A DNA stretch of 64,000 bases from Bacillales bacterium (GTDB lineage: Bacteria; Bacillota_I; Bacilli_A; RFN20; CAG-449): assembly GCA_029006735.1 (NCBI GenBank), contig JAQXGN010000054.1:1553-65552 (forward strand), read 5' to 3'. Positions 26,784 to 36,628 of this stretch are shown here, piece after piece. A program made the translations under genes and the position numbers. The notes beneath the pieces are model-generated. The model did no database searches and had not been told where the DNA came from. It saw only the letters and a list, made by a program, of their open reading frames with translations. Position 1 is the first letter of the stretch; each line of letters starts with the position of its first letter.

Positions 26784-29052
26784 GCAATTTTTTAAATCAA
26801 AACCAATCTTTCCACAACAATTAAGTAAACAGATGAATATATCTGTTTTCTTTGTATGTGATGTAAATATTAGTTTTAAAGGAAAAATTCAAATAGCGGT
26901 AAGTAGTATTTATCGCTTATTTGATAATGGTAAATTCATTGGATATGGTCCAACTCGTGGGACGCATGATTATTATCGAGTCGATCAATATGAATTAACT
27001 ACAGGTAATCATCATTTAGTTATCGAGTTATCTCATTATGGTTGCAATAATTATTATTTTCCTAATGTTGAACCTTTTTTTCAATGCGAAGTTTATGATG
27101 TTGATCAATTAATTAAAGTATCAAAAGATTTCACTTGTTATCAAAATACGAGTCGTTTTCAAAAAGTTTCTCGTTTTTCTTTTCAGCGCGGATTTATTGA
27201 ATCATATCATTTTGAAAGTGATATTCAAGATTTTTATCTTGGAAAGGTAAACCCTTTTTGTCAATTGGAATGTTGTGAACTAAATAATAAAAAATATCTT
27301 GATCGCAATGTGAATTATCCAAAATTTTTGATTGAGCCTTTTGAACTATTTGAAACTGGTACAGTTACAATAAATCAAGATAAAGAAAAATATCGCGATC
27401 GATTTATGTTGATGGATCATATTGGCATTTTTCCTATTGAAGAATGGCAGGACAACCCTAATGATCAAGTCTCATTATTTGATTATCATCGTGAAAACAT
27501 TAATAAATTAGGCAAAAATACTTTCTTTACATATCGATTAAATCAGTGTTTTACGGGATTTATTAACATAGATATTAAAATTAATAAGAAAAGCAAAATC
27601 TTTCTTATTTTTGATGAAATTGATTCGGGACACTCTGATGAATTAACAGAAATTCTTTTTTATCGAAACACAACAGATAATATTGTGACATATGAATTAG
27701 ATGTTGGTACACATCGCCATATCAGCTTTGAAGCTTATACGATGCGTTATTTAAGAATAATTGTCGAAGATGGTGATGTAATAATTAATTCGTTAGAGTT
27801 AATTCGTTATGAAAATCCTTTAGAAAAGAAGATTGAATATCATTTTAATAATGAAAAAGTTCAAAGAATTTTTGATGCTGGCATCGCTACTTTTGCTCAA
27901 AATGCCGTAGATATTTTAACTGATTGTCCTTCAAGAGAACGAGCAGGATGGTTATGTGATTCATTTTTTTCTTCTAAAAGTGAACAAATGATTACAGGAG
28001 AAAATCTTGTTGAACATAATTTCTTAGAAAATTATGCTTTGTTTAAACAAAGTTCCTTTCTTCCATTGGGTATGATACCAATGTGTTATCCTGGAGATCA
28101 CGTTGATGGAGTCTATATTCCTAATTGGGCGATGTTTTATATTTTGGAATTGAATGATTATGCTTCAAGGACTAACGACCAAGAATTGATTGGAAAATCG
28201 CTATATCATGTTAAGAATCTAATAGATTTTTTTGCTAAATATGAAAATGAATATGGCCTATTAGAAAATCTTGATTCCTGGGTTTTTGTCGAATGGTCTA
28301 GAGCAAATGATAATGATTTTATTTCAGGTGTTAATTTTCCTTCCAATATGCTTTATAGTGAAACATTAATTGCAGCAGGCAAATTATTAAATGATAGTGT
28401 GCTTATCAATAAGGGGAAGACACTTAAAAATACAATTAAAGAAATGTCATTTAATGGAGAATTTTTTGTTGATAATATGAATCGTGATGAAACGGGAGAT
28501 TTAACATTAACTTCACATATTACTGAAACTTGTCAATATTATGCTTTTTATTTCAATGTTGCTAATAAACATGAATACCCACAATTATTTAAAAAAATAG
28601 TGAATGAATTTGGACCTAAACGTGATATAAAAAATACTTATCCAGACGTGTATCCTTCCAATGTTTTTATTGGTGATTATTTGAGATTATGCATTTTGCT
28701 TAGATATAATATGTCTTCTCAAGTTGGTGAAGAAACTATCGATTATTTTGATAAAATGGCACTTTTGACTGGTACTTTATGGGAACATGATTCTACTTTT
28801 GCTAGTCTTAATCATTGTTTTGCTAGCTATATTATTAATATTTTGCTTAATGCTTATTTTGGTTTAGTTTATATTGATTGTACTAATAAGGTGATTTATC
28901 TTCGTCATGAACATCTTAATCAAGATGCTGAAGTAGTAATTCCTTGTTGTGATGAAAAGATTAAATTAATTAATAATGCCGGACAAGAAATATACACTTT
29001 TCCGATAGATTATGAGGTAAAATATCTGGATGACGATACAATTTTATATTGA
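26776..29052 (+). CDS. cytoplasmic alpha-L-rhamnosidase-family (GH78-like six-hairpin) protein
   Basis: ILTDCPSRERAGWLCDSFF matches the GH78 DCPxRxERxGWxGD motif at the start of the six-hairpin domain. 758 aa, no signal peptide. Confidence 0.65.
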   Translation: MSKQFFKSKPIFPQQLSKQMNISVFFVCDVNISFKGKIQIAVSSIYRLFDNGKFIGYGPTRGTHDYYRVDQYELTTGNHHLVIELSHYGCNNYYFPNVEPFFQCEVYDVDQLIKVSKDFTCYQNTSRFQKVSRFSFQRGFIESYHFESDIQDFYLGKVNPFCQLECCELNNKKYLDRNVNYPKFLIEPFELFETGTVTINQDKEKYRDRFMLMDHIGIFPIEEWQDNPNDQVSLFDYHRENINKLGKNTFFTYRLNQCFTGFINIDIKINKKSKIFLIFDEIDSGHSDELTEILFYRNTTDNIVTYELDVGTHRHISFEAYTMRYLRIIVEDGDVIINSLELIRYENPLEKKIEYHFNNEKVQRIFDAGIATFAQNAVDILTDCPSRERAGWLCDSFFSSKSEQMITGENLVEHNFLENYALFKQSSFLPLGMIPMCYPGDHVDGVYIPNWAMFYILELNDYASRTNDQELIGKSLYHVKNLIDFFAKYENEYGLLENLDSWVFVEWSRANDNDFISGVNFPSNMLYSETLIAAGKLLNDSVLINKGKTLKNTIKEMSFNGEFFVDNMNRDETGDLTLTSHITETCQYYAFYFNVANKHEYPQLFKKIVNEFGPKRDIKNTYPDVYPSNVFIGDYLRLCILLRYNMSSQVGEETIDYFDKMALLTGTLWEHDSTFASLNHCFASYIINILLNAYFGLVYIDCTNKVIYLRHEHLNQDAEVVIPCCDEKIKLINNAGQEIYTFPIDYEVKYLDDDTILY

Positions 29053-29869
29053 AAAACTACAAGAATTACTTAAAGCATTTCATACATTAACTGGGCTTAG
29101 GATTGTAGTCTATGATAGTGAATATCATGAGATTGCATCTTATCCTCGTTTTAATTGTGCATTTTGTAGTCGAATTCAAAGTAGTGTTGACGGTAAAAGC
29201 CGTTGTGATAATTCTAACAAAGCTTCATTTGATTATTGTCAGAAACATAAAGAATTATATACCTATCATTGTCATGCCGGATTAGTTGAATCGATGATCC
29301 ATCTAAAAAAAGACGACCGGATTGTTGGATATATTATGTTTGGACAAATAAGTGATATAGCTGATACTGCGCAACGAGTTATTGCTCTATCTAAATTGTA
29401 TAAAGATATGGAAGAGGAGATTGTCGCACTTCCATATAAAACTAATGAAGAAATCCAGAGTGCATCAGTGATTTTATTGACACTTGCCAAATATACTGTA
29501 AATGAACAGATTGTAAGAATTAATAAAGATCAATTTATTTTGCAACTAGAAGATATTATTCATCAAAATATTGATAATTCGGATTTGAATGTAAATATGA
29601 TTGCTAAGAAAATGAATGTTTGTAAAACAACATTATATAATTTTTCAACGCGTTATCTTCACATGGGAATTGCTAAATATATCACAAAAATTCGAATTAT
29701 AGAAGCAAAAAAATTGTTGCAAAATCTTGAATTACCAATTGTTAAAATATGTTATTATATCGGTTTCAATGACTATAATTATTTTTCGCGTCTATTCAAA
29801 AAAGAAGTCGGAATGACTTGTACTGAATATCGACAAAAATATATTAAAGACTTATCAATTTCTAATTAA
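29030..29869 (+). CDS. PocR-sensor / AraC-HTH transcriptional regulator
   Basis: N-terminal PocR pattern (FHTLTGLRIVVYD...CAFCSRIQSS..GKSRCDNS...YHCHAGLVE) and C-terminal AraC HTH (IGFNDYNYFSRLFKKEVGMTCTEYR). Confidence 0.8.
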   Translation: MTIQFYIEKLQELLKAFHTLTGLRIVVYDSEYHEIASYPRFNCAFCSRIQSSVDGKSRCDNSNKASFDYCQKHKELYTYHCHAGLVESMIHLKKDDRIVGYIMFGQISDIADTAQRVIALSKLYKDMEEEIVALPYKTNEEIQSASVILLTLAKYTVNEQIVRINKDQFILQLEDIIHQNIDNSDLNVNMIAKKMNVCKTTLYNFSTRYLHMGIAKYITKIRIIEAKKLLQNLELPIVKICYYIGFNDYNYFSRLFKKEVGMTCTEYRQKYIKDLSISN

Positions 29870-29883
29870 GTTTATATATAGAA

Positions 29884-29930
29884 AAAAGTTCAAAAAATGG
29901 AAGAAAATCCATATTAAGTGAACTTTTTAT
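29884..29930 (+). terminator. possible terminator after the PocR/AraC gene
   Basis: The outer stem aaaagttca / tgaactttt encloses an inner hairpin tgga..tcca and runs into a T-rich tract. The large loop lowers confidence. Confidence 0.35.
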
Positions 29931-29969
29931 TCTATAGTCTTTTTGTGCTTTATTTTACTATGAAATTAC

Positions 29970-30004
29970 AGGAGGACAACTATTGTATAACAATAGTTTA
30001 TATG
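29970..30004 (+). promoter_or_regulatory. SD, perfect 9-bp hairpin and start-codon arrangement (split RBS or operator)
   Basis: aggagg 29970-29975. Arms aactattgt (29978-29986) and acaatagtt (29990-29998) with a 3-nt loop. First of three clustered ATGs at 30002. Confidence 0.4.
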
Positions 30005-31411
30005 AAAATGAAAAAAATGAAATTTGCACTTTTTTTTGGTAATCGTGGGTTTATGCCAGCAGAGTTAATTCACAGTGCTAGACTAGAAATGATTAAAGCG
30101 GTGACTGATGCTGGATATGATTATCTTGTAATGGATGAAAACGCAACCCGTTATGGGGCGGTAGAAACTCGCGATGAAGGTAGATTGTATCATGATTGGC
30201 TTTCTTCACATAAAGGAGAATATGATGGTGTTATTCTTTGTATGCCAATCTTTATTGATGAAAATGGGGCGATTGCAGCATTAAGAGATGCTGGAGTTCC
30301 AGTATTAATGCAAGCATATCCAGATGAGATTGGTAAGATGGATTTTGCGCATCGTCGTGATGCTTTTTGTGGAAAATTTTCTATTACAGATGTCTTTTAT
30401 CAATATAAGGTACCATTCACCGTTTTAAAGCCACATGTAGTACATCCTCTTAGCAAGGAATTTAAGAATAATCTTGATGATTTTGCTTCGATTTGTCGAG
30501 TGGTAAATGGAATGAAACGCTTTACTATTGGATGTATTGGAGCTAGAACAACAGCATTTAAGACGGTTCGTTTTGATGAAGTTACTTTAGAAAAATATGG
30601 AATAACAGTTGAATCTTTCGATTTGTCAGAATTATTCCATCGTGTTGATGAGTTAAAAGATGATGAAGAAAGAGTAATTAACAAAATAACTCGATTAAAG
30701 AATTATACTAATTTTTCTTTAGTACCTAATGAACGTACTAAAACTTTAGCTAAATTTTCTGTTGCAATTGATGAATATATTGAGACATATCATCTTGATG
30801 CAATTACTTTACGTTGCTGGAATGAGATGGAAACATATTATCGTGTTTGCCCATGCGTTTTACTTTCAGAACTAAATGATCGAGGAATTGTGGCATCATG
30901 TGAAATTGATCTTTGTAGTGCGATTACTATGCGTGCGATGAATTTAGCTAGTCAAAAACCTACAGCTTGTTTAGATTGGAATAATAATTATGGTAATGAT
31001 CTTGATAAGGTTATTTTATTTCATTGTGGTCCGGTTGCTCAAAGTTTAATGCGTGAAAAAGGTTTGGTAACTGATCATAAGATGTTTTCAAAAGTTGATC
31101 CAGATTCTGGTTGGGGTAGTAATGAAGGGAGAATTAATACTTTCCCAATGACTTTCTCTAATTGTAAGACAGAAGATGGAAAACTTGTCATATATGCTTC
31201 GGAAGGAGAATTTACTGATGATGAGATTGAAAAATCTTTCTTTGGTTGTGGAGGCGTTGCTAAAATTAATGATTTACAAAATAAATTAATTCGACTTGCG
31301 CGAGCAGGATTTAAACATCATACAACGATTGGAATGGGACATATGAAAGATATTTTGCTTGAGGCTTTTAGTACATATCTTCATTATGATATTGTGGATA
31401 TAGAAAAATGA
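30002..31411 (+). CDS. L-fucose/L-arabinose isomerase-family protein (short FucI-like)
   Basis: MKFALFFGNRGFMP N-terminus and CWNEMETYYRVCPCVLLSELNDRGIVASCEIDLCSAITMRAM are typical of the COG2407 isomerase family. The start is uncertain (30002, 30008 or 30017); the track start 29918 has no SD. Confidence 0.7.
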   Translation: MKMKKMKFALFFGNRGFMPAELIHSARLEMIKAVTDAGYDYLVMDENATRYGAVETRDEGRLYHDWLSSHKGEYDGVILCMPIFIDENGAIAALRDAGVPVLMQAYPDEIGKMDFAHRRDAFCGKFSITDVFYQYKVPFTVLKPHVVHPLSKEFKNNLDDFASICRVVNGMKRFTIGCIGARTTAFKTVRFDEVTLEKYGITVESFDLSELFHRVDELKDDEERVINKITRLKNYTNFSLVPNERTKTLAKFSVAIDEYIETYHLDAITLRCWNEMETYYRVCPCVLLSELNDRGIVASCEIDLCSAITMRAMNLASQKPTACLDWNNNYGNDLDKVILFHCGPVAQSLMREKGLVTDHKMFSKVDPDSGWGSNEGRINTFPMTFSNCKTEDGKLVIYASEGEFTDDEIEKSFFGCGGVAKINDLQNKLIRLARAGFKHHTTIGMGHMKDILLEAFSTYLHYDIVDIEK

Positions 31412-32883
31412 GTAGATTTTATGCAGGATTAGATATTGGAACCACAGGAAGTAAAATTACAATTTTTGAAGATACTAAATCTGTTAAACAATTGTATATT
31501 TCTTATGATTCTAACCATCAAAAGAATCAACATACTATTGATCCAAAACAAATTCTTGATAGTGTTTTTAAACTTGTTTCGCAAGGGCTGAAACTTTATC
31601 CAATTGAGGCAATTGGTATCGCTTCTTTTGGAGAAACTTTTGTGTTGCTTGATAAGAATGATGAACCTCTATATGATGCATTATTATATACAGATGCACG
31701 CGGTGACATTGAAGCAAAAAAAATAGAAGAAACAATCGGTCAAAATCGTCTTGGAGTGATTACAGGACAAAGAGGAAGGGCAATGTTTTCGTTATCAAAA
31801 ATCCTTAATCTTATTGAAAATAAAGAGGTATCAATTGATGATATTGATAAAATATTGTTGATCGAAGATTATATTTCTTATGCTTTTACTGGAAAAAGGA
31901 TGATTGATTATTCTTTATCTAGTCGCACAATGGCTTTTGATATTGAAAAGAAAAAATGGTCTGAAGAGATTCTTAATTCCTTTAAAATTCCAATATCATT
32001 ATTCTCTACACCATGTCCGATTGGGGATGTAGTAGGATTATTAAAAGATTCTTTGAAAAAAGAATGGAAGATTGAACATGATGTTAAAATTATCGCTGTT
32101 TCGCATGATCAGGTTGTAAATGCAGTCGGTTCGGGGATAATTAATGAAAAAGCTGCAGCAGATGGAAACGGAACATGCGAATGCATTTGTGCTTGTATTA
32201 AACCTCCTTTTAATAAAGAAATTCTTTATAATAAAGGATTTGGTATTGTTCCTTTTATTGAAGATAATTTGTATGTGACTTATGCTCTTAGTTCGACAAG
32301 TGGTTCTTTGGTTAAATGGGTAATTGATACTTTTTTTAAAAATGAGAAACATCGTGTGAAAAATATTTATGACTATCTAAATCGTAAAATTACTTCTTAT
32401 CCAAGTGAAGTGATGATTTTACCGCATTTTGCTGGAGCAGCAACTCCATATATGGATGTTAATGCTAAAGGAGCAATTATTAATCTTGGATTAGCTACTT
32501 CTCGTTATGAAATCTATCAAGCTTGTTTAGAATCATTATGCTATGAAATGCTTATTTCAATAAGGGCCTTAAAAAAGGCAGGGATTAAAATTAACTATTT
32601 AGTTGCTTCTGGTGGATCAAGTGTAAACGATAAGTTCTTGCAGATGAAAGCGGATATTTTTAACATAAAAATTTATCAATCTGCAATTGCTGATGCAGGA
32701 ACAATAGGTTCTGCAATAGTTGTTGCAAAATCAATTGGCATTTTTAAAAGCTATGAAGAAGGAATCAATCAGATGGTACGATACCGTAAAGTTTTTATTC
32801 CTGATTTAAAGCGTCATCATGATTATATGATTCAGTTTGATAAGTATCGAAAATTATTTTTGAAAATGAAGGGGGTTAGATGA
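31408..32883 (+). CDS. FGGY-family sugar (ketose) kinase
   Basis: FYAGLDIGTTGSKITIF N-terminal ATPase motif and the FGGY C-terminal GGSSVNDKFLQMKADIFN. ATGA overlap with the upstream gene. Confidence 0.8.
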   Translation: MSRFYAGLDIGTTGSKITIFEDTKSVKQLYISYDSNHQKNQHTIDPKQILDSVFKLVSQGLKLYPIEAIGIASFGETFVLLDKNDEPLYDALLYTDARGDIEAKKIEETIGQNRLGVITGQRGRAMFSLSKILNLIENKEVSIDDIDKILLIEDYISYAFTGKRMIDYSLSSRTMAFDIEKKKWSEEILNSFKIPISLFSTPCPIGDVVGLLKDSLKKEWKIEHDVKIIAVSHDQVVNAVGSGIINEKAAADGNGTCECICACIKPPFNKEILYNKGFGIVPFIEDNLYVTYALSSTSGSLVKWVIDTFFKNEKHRVKNIYDYLNRKITSYPSEVMILPHFAGAATPYMDVNAKGAIINLGLATSRYEIYQACLESLCYEMLISIRALKKAGIKINYLVASGGSSVNDKFLQMKADIFNIKIYQSAIADAGTIGSAIVVAKSIGIFKSYEEGINQMVRYRKVFIPDLKRHHDYMIQFDKYRKLFLKMKGVR

Positions 32884-33860
32884 TGGAAGAATATTTAGGG
32901 AATCCTTTCCAACTATATGGAGTAGAAACGTATGTTTTAAATCATTCAAGAGCATCTGGGACAGAAATAATGCACGCTAAGAATGGCTTAGGTCTAGAAC
33001 TTTATATTAACGTCGATCGTGGATTTGATATAACTATGGTTTCTTTACATGGAGTGACATTATCTTATTTAGCACCAAATGGATATGTGAATAGTAAGTA
33101 TTATGATGATAAAGGTAATGGTTTTTTAAAATCTTTCAGCGCGGGATTTTTAACTACATGTGGGTTAACTCAGGTTGGTAGTCCGAATGTCGATGAAGGT
33201 GAAGAGCTCCCTTTGCATGGCACTTATAGTAATATCCCATGTTCTAATGCGTATTATCAGATAGAGGAAGGCCAAATTGTTTTATTTGGAGAAATCAGCG
33301 ATGAAACAATTTTTTCACATAAATTAGTTTTAAGACGAAAAATAATTTTATCGCGTCTTAGAAATGAATTTATCATAGAAGATGAAATTATTAATAGAGG
33401 CGATCAAGATACCCCTTTAGAAATTCTTTATCACATGAATTTGGGTTATCCATTGCTCGATGAAAATTTAATTTTAAAATTACCGGAGGGATTAGTTACT
33501 CCACGAAATGAGCATGCTAAAGAAAACATAAAATCAAGATTGAAAATGCAAAAACCAGAGAAAGGGTATGAAGAATGCTGTTATTATTATGATTATTTTG
33601 AGGATAATATATCAATTTCAGCGTATAATTCCAAAATAAAAAAAGGGATAATAATATCTTATAATAAAAGTAATTTACCTTGTTTCACTGAATGGAAAAT
33701 GATGGGAATCCGTGATTATGTTCTAGGATTAGAACCAGGAAATTGCTATCCGGATGGACGCAATATTATGCGAGAAAAGAAAATATTGCAATTTATTAAA
33801 CCAAATGAAGTTGTTAAGAATAAAATAACGATTGTATGTATAGAAGGAGATTATAAATAA
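32880..33860 (+). CDS. DUF4432 / aldose-1-epimerase-like protein
   Basis: FSAGFLTTCGLTQVGSPNVDEGEELPLHGTYSNIP closely matches the DUF4432 core that I recall. Confidence 0.7.
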   Translation: MMEEYLGNPFQLYGVETYVLNHSRASGTEIMHAKNGLGLELYINVDRGFDITMVSLHGVTLSYLAPNGYVNSKYYDDKGNGFLKSFSAGFLTTCGLTQVGSPNVDEGEELPLHGTYSNIPCSNAYYQIEEGQIVLFGEISDETIFSHKLVLRRKIILSRLRNEFIIEDEIINRGDQDTPLEILYHMNLGYPLLDENLILKLPEGLVTPRNEHAKENIKSRLKMQKPEKGYEECCYYYDYFEDNISISAYNSKIKKGIIISYNKSNLPCFTEWKMMGIRDYVLGLEPGNCYPDGRNIMREKKILQFIKPNEVVKNKITIVCIEGDYK

Positions 33861-34705
33861 TGTTAGTAGATTTAAAATATGTTTTAGCGTATGCTAAAGA
33901 GCATAATTGTGCAATAGGATCATTTAATACTCCTACTTTAGAAAATGTTATCGCAGTAATTTCTGCAGCAGAGAAACTTAATGTTCCAGTAATTATAATG
34001 CACGCACAGTGCCATGAAATAGAAGCACCTCTTAAGGTAATTGGACCAGTGATGATATTATTTGCAAAGACTGCTAAAGTTCCGGTATGTGTTCATCTTG
34101 ATCATGGAGAAACTGTTGAGTATATTCATGAAGCATTAAAACTTGGATTTTCTTCAGTAATGATTGATGCTTCACAATATCCATATGATAAAAATGTTGC
34201 ATTGACGAAAGAAACAGTCGCTTTAGCAAATAAGTATCATGCTTCAGTTGAAGCAGAAATAGGCATTTTAGGAGGAAGAGAAGCTGGAAATCATCAAAAA
34301 TTAACTCCAGAACAAATGTATACAGATCCAGACTTAGCTAAGCGTTTTGTTGAAGAAACAAATATCGACGCTCTTGCTTGTTCATTTGGCACAGCACATG
34401 GAATATATAACGCGGCTCCAAAACTTGATTTTGAACGTATAAAAAGAATCAATAATCTAGTTAATGTTCCTTTAGTTATGCATGGAGGAAGTGGAGTATC
34501 AGAAGAAGATTATAAAAAGTGTATTAGATTAGGGGTAAGAAAAATTAATTACTATTCTTACATGGCGCGTGAAGGAGTTTATGCTGCAAAAGAGATACTA
34601 AATACGAATGTAACATTTTATCACGAAATTGCTAAATATGTTACGGATAAAATGAAATTGCATGCAGAGAAAGCTTTGGAATTGTTTAGTTGTTTCGAGA
34701 AATAA
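33860..34705 (+). CDS. class II fructose/tagatose-bisphosphate aldolase-family (FbaA/GatY-type TIM barrel) aldolase
   Basis: VHLDHGE, MIDAS, EAEIG, GTAHG and LVMHGGSG motifs. 281 aa. Confidence 0.85.
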   Translation: MLVDLKYVLAYAKEHNCAIGSFNTPTLENVIAVISAAEKLNVPVIIMHAQCHEIEAPLKVIGPVMILFAKTAKVPVCVHLDHGETVEYIHEALKLGFSSVMIDASQYPYDKNVALTKETVALANKYHASVEAEIGILGGREAGNHQKLTPEQMYTDPDLAKRFVEETNIDALACSFGTAHGIYNAAPKLDFERIKRINNLVNVPLVMHGGSGVSEEDYKKCIRLGVRKINYYSYMAREGVYAAKEILNTNVTFYHEIAKYVTDKMKLHAEKALELFSCFEK

Positions 34706-34788
34706 AAAAGAGAATAATATCACTACTTATTTCGTGTAAAAAAGTTTAAATAAAAAAATCAAGAAAATATATAAAACAATTGTAAAGA

Positions 34789-34869
34789 TTAATTATATAT
34801 CAAGCAAAGAACTATGATAACAGCGCATAAAATCCAACCAATAATCAAAATAGGCAAATTCATAACCAT
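34789..34869 (-). CDS. candidate 26-aa hydrophobic peptide
   Basis: Strong SD aggaggtg (plus-strand 34875-34882) lies 5 nt before ATG 34869. Translation MVMNLPILIIGWILCAVIIVLCLIYN, stop at 34791-34789. A -35/-10-like TTGAAT-17-TTTATT lies upstream on the minus strand. Confidence 0.4.
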   Translation of the reverse strand: MVMNLPILIIGWILCAVIIVLCLIYN

Positions 34870-35517
34870 AGAAACACCTCCTAAAATAAGCAAGCAGTAA
34901 TAAAGGTAGTAACTCTACAAAATTCAACGGATACGACCTTAGCGGAATGTAAATAAGGTGGAATAAATAAAGAAAGCAATTTTCTACCAGCACAATTAAA
35001 TTTAGGAATATCTTCAAAAGGGATAGACAAATTAGTTAAATATTGGAAAGAGGTAGAAATAAAATTAATATTAGTAGAAATAATAGATATAGAGTTGCAA
35101 AATTGTTCTAAGGAAAAGCAAGAGTCTAAATTATTTTCTACGTTTAGTTTGATAGTATTTTCTAATTTCGTAATAATGTTTTCCTTTCATTAAGCCATTA
35201 AATATATTATAAAATGGGGCAGTAAGAGTTGGCAAATTTTGATGGTAATAAAAATTTTGACTCAACATCAAGTTATGAGAGTGAACGATATTAGTTTTTT
35301 AATGAAAATTATGTTTTCTTATCAAATAAAACTCTTTAATATTTGTACTATATTAAAACTTTCAAGTCACTTGATTATAGATATAAGAGAAGAGTCTAGG
35401 ATAAGATAGTTATTGTTGATTGAAGAATAAATAATGACAAAAGACAATGTAAAAAATAAATATATTGCATTACTTATTAATGTGATAAAATAACAATATA
35501 TTAAGAGGAAATTAATT

Positions 35518-36576
35518 ATGGATAAAAAAATACGTATTAATATGTTATCAAAAGCAACTAGTGTATCTGGACAAGGGGTAGGGTCTGCTTATATGGAACA
35601 AGTATCACTTGTTAAAGAGAATAAGGATTTATTTGAAGTAAGTGAAAATAAAGGTGGAAACAAATTTGAAATTTGTCATATTCATACCGTTAATCCTCAA
35701 TATCTTTTAAAAATGAATAAAAAACATGTTAATGTTATGTATGTTCATTTTATTCCGGAAACATTAGATGGATCAATTAAACTTCCAAAACTAATATTTA
35801 ATATTTTTAAACGTTACGTAATAAAAATGTATAAAAAAGCTGATGAAATAGTTGTTGTTAATCCAGTATTTAAAGAGCCTTTAGTAAAACTTGGAATTGA
35901 TGAACAAAGAGTTACATATATTCCAAATTATGTATCTAAAGAACAATTTCATTCTATTCCTCAAGAAGAAATTGATGCTTTAAAAGAAAAATATGGAATA
36001 GAAAAAGATAAATTCGTTGTATTGGGTTGTGGTCAAGTTCAAACAAGAAAAGGAGTACAAGATTTTGTTAAAGTAGCAGAAGCTTTACCTGATTATAGCT
36101 TTGTTTGGGCAGGAGGATTTAGTTTTGGAGCGATCACTGATGGTCATAAAGAATTAAAAGCGATAATGGATAATCCACCAAAGAACGTTAAATTCATTGG
36201 TATTGTTCCTCGTAATGATATGAACGCTATATTTAATATGTCTGATGCATTGTTTATGCCTTCTTTCTCTGAATTATTCCCAATGTCTATTTTAGAGGCT
36301 GTAAATTCACATAAACCAGTTGTATTAAGGGATTTAGATTTATATAAAGATATTCTATTTGGCCACTATGAAAAAGGCACAAATGTTGAAGATTGGGTAG
36401 AAATTTTTAAAAAGTTGAAAGATGATGATGCTTATTTACAAAAAGCAAAAGAGGATTCAAAATTCATTTCTGAATTCTATTCTAAAGAACATGTAAATGA
36501 TATTTGGAGAGAATATTATCCTCGTATATATGAAAAATATGTAAAATTAGGTAATAAAAAATTTTCCCAAAAATAA
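35518..36576 (+). CDS. GT4-family retaining glycosyltransferase (glycolipid-synthase-like)
   Basis: GT-B C-terminal domain with EX7E motif (SELFPMSILEA) and the RKG motif (QTRKGVQDF). Confidence 0.75.
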   Translation: MDKKIRINMLSKATSVSGQGVGSAYMEQVSLVKENKDLFEVSENKGGNKFEICHIHTVNPQYLLKMNKKHVNVMYVHFIPETLDGSIKLPKLIFNIFKRYVIKMYKKADEIVVVNPVFKEPLVKLGIDEQRVTYIPNYVSKEQFHSIPQEEIDALKEKYGIEKDKFVVLGCGQVQTRKGVQDFVKVAEALPDYSFVWAGGFSFGAITDGHKELKAIMDNPPKNVKFIGIVPRNDMNAIFNMSDALFMPSFSELFPMSILEAVNSHKPVVLRDLDLYKDILFGHYEKGTNVEDWVEIFKKLKDDDAYLQKAKEDSKFISEFYSKEHVNDIWREYYPRIYEKYVKLGNKKFSQK

Positions 36577-36585
36577 AATATAAAG

Positions 36586-36623
36586 AGAGTTGTAAGAATT
36601 TATAAAATCTTAATACTCTCTTT
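36586..36623. terminator. bidirectional terminator between convergent genes
   Basis: Stem aaagagagt / actctcttt flanked by A- and T-runs. Confidence 0.5.
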
Positions 36624-36628
36624 TATTT

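Noticed and set aside
34793-35017. 74-aa minus-strand track ORF in the 34.7-35.5 kb gap
   Set aside because: It has no SD before its ATG and an aromatic/Leu-rich low-complexity translation. The SD in this region serves a different frame, the 26-aa peptide reported separately.
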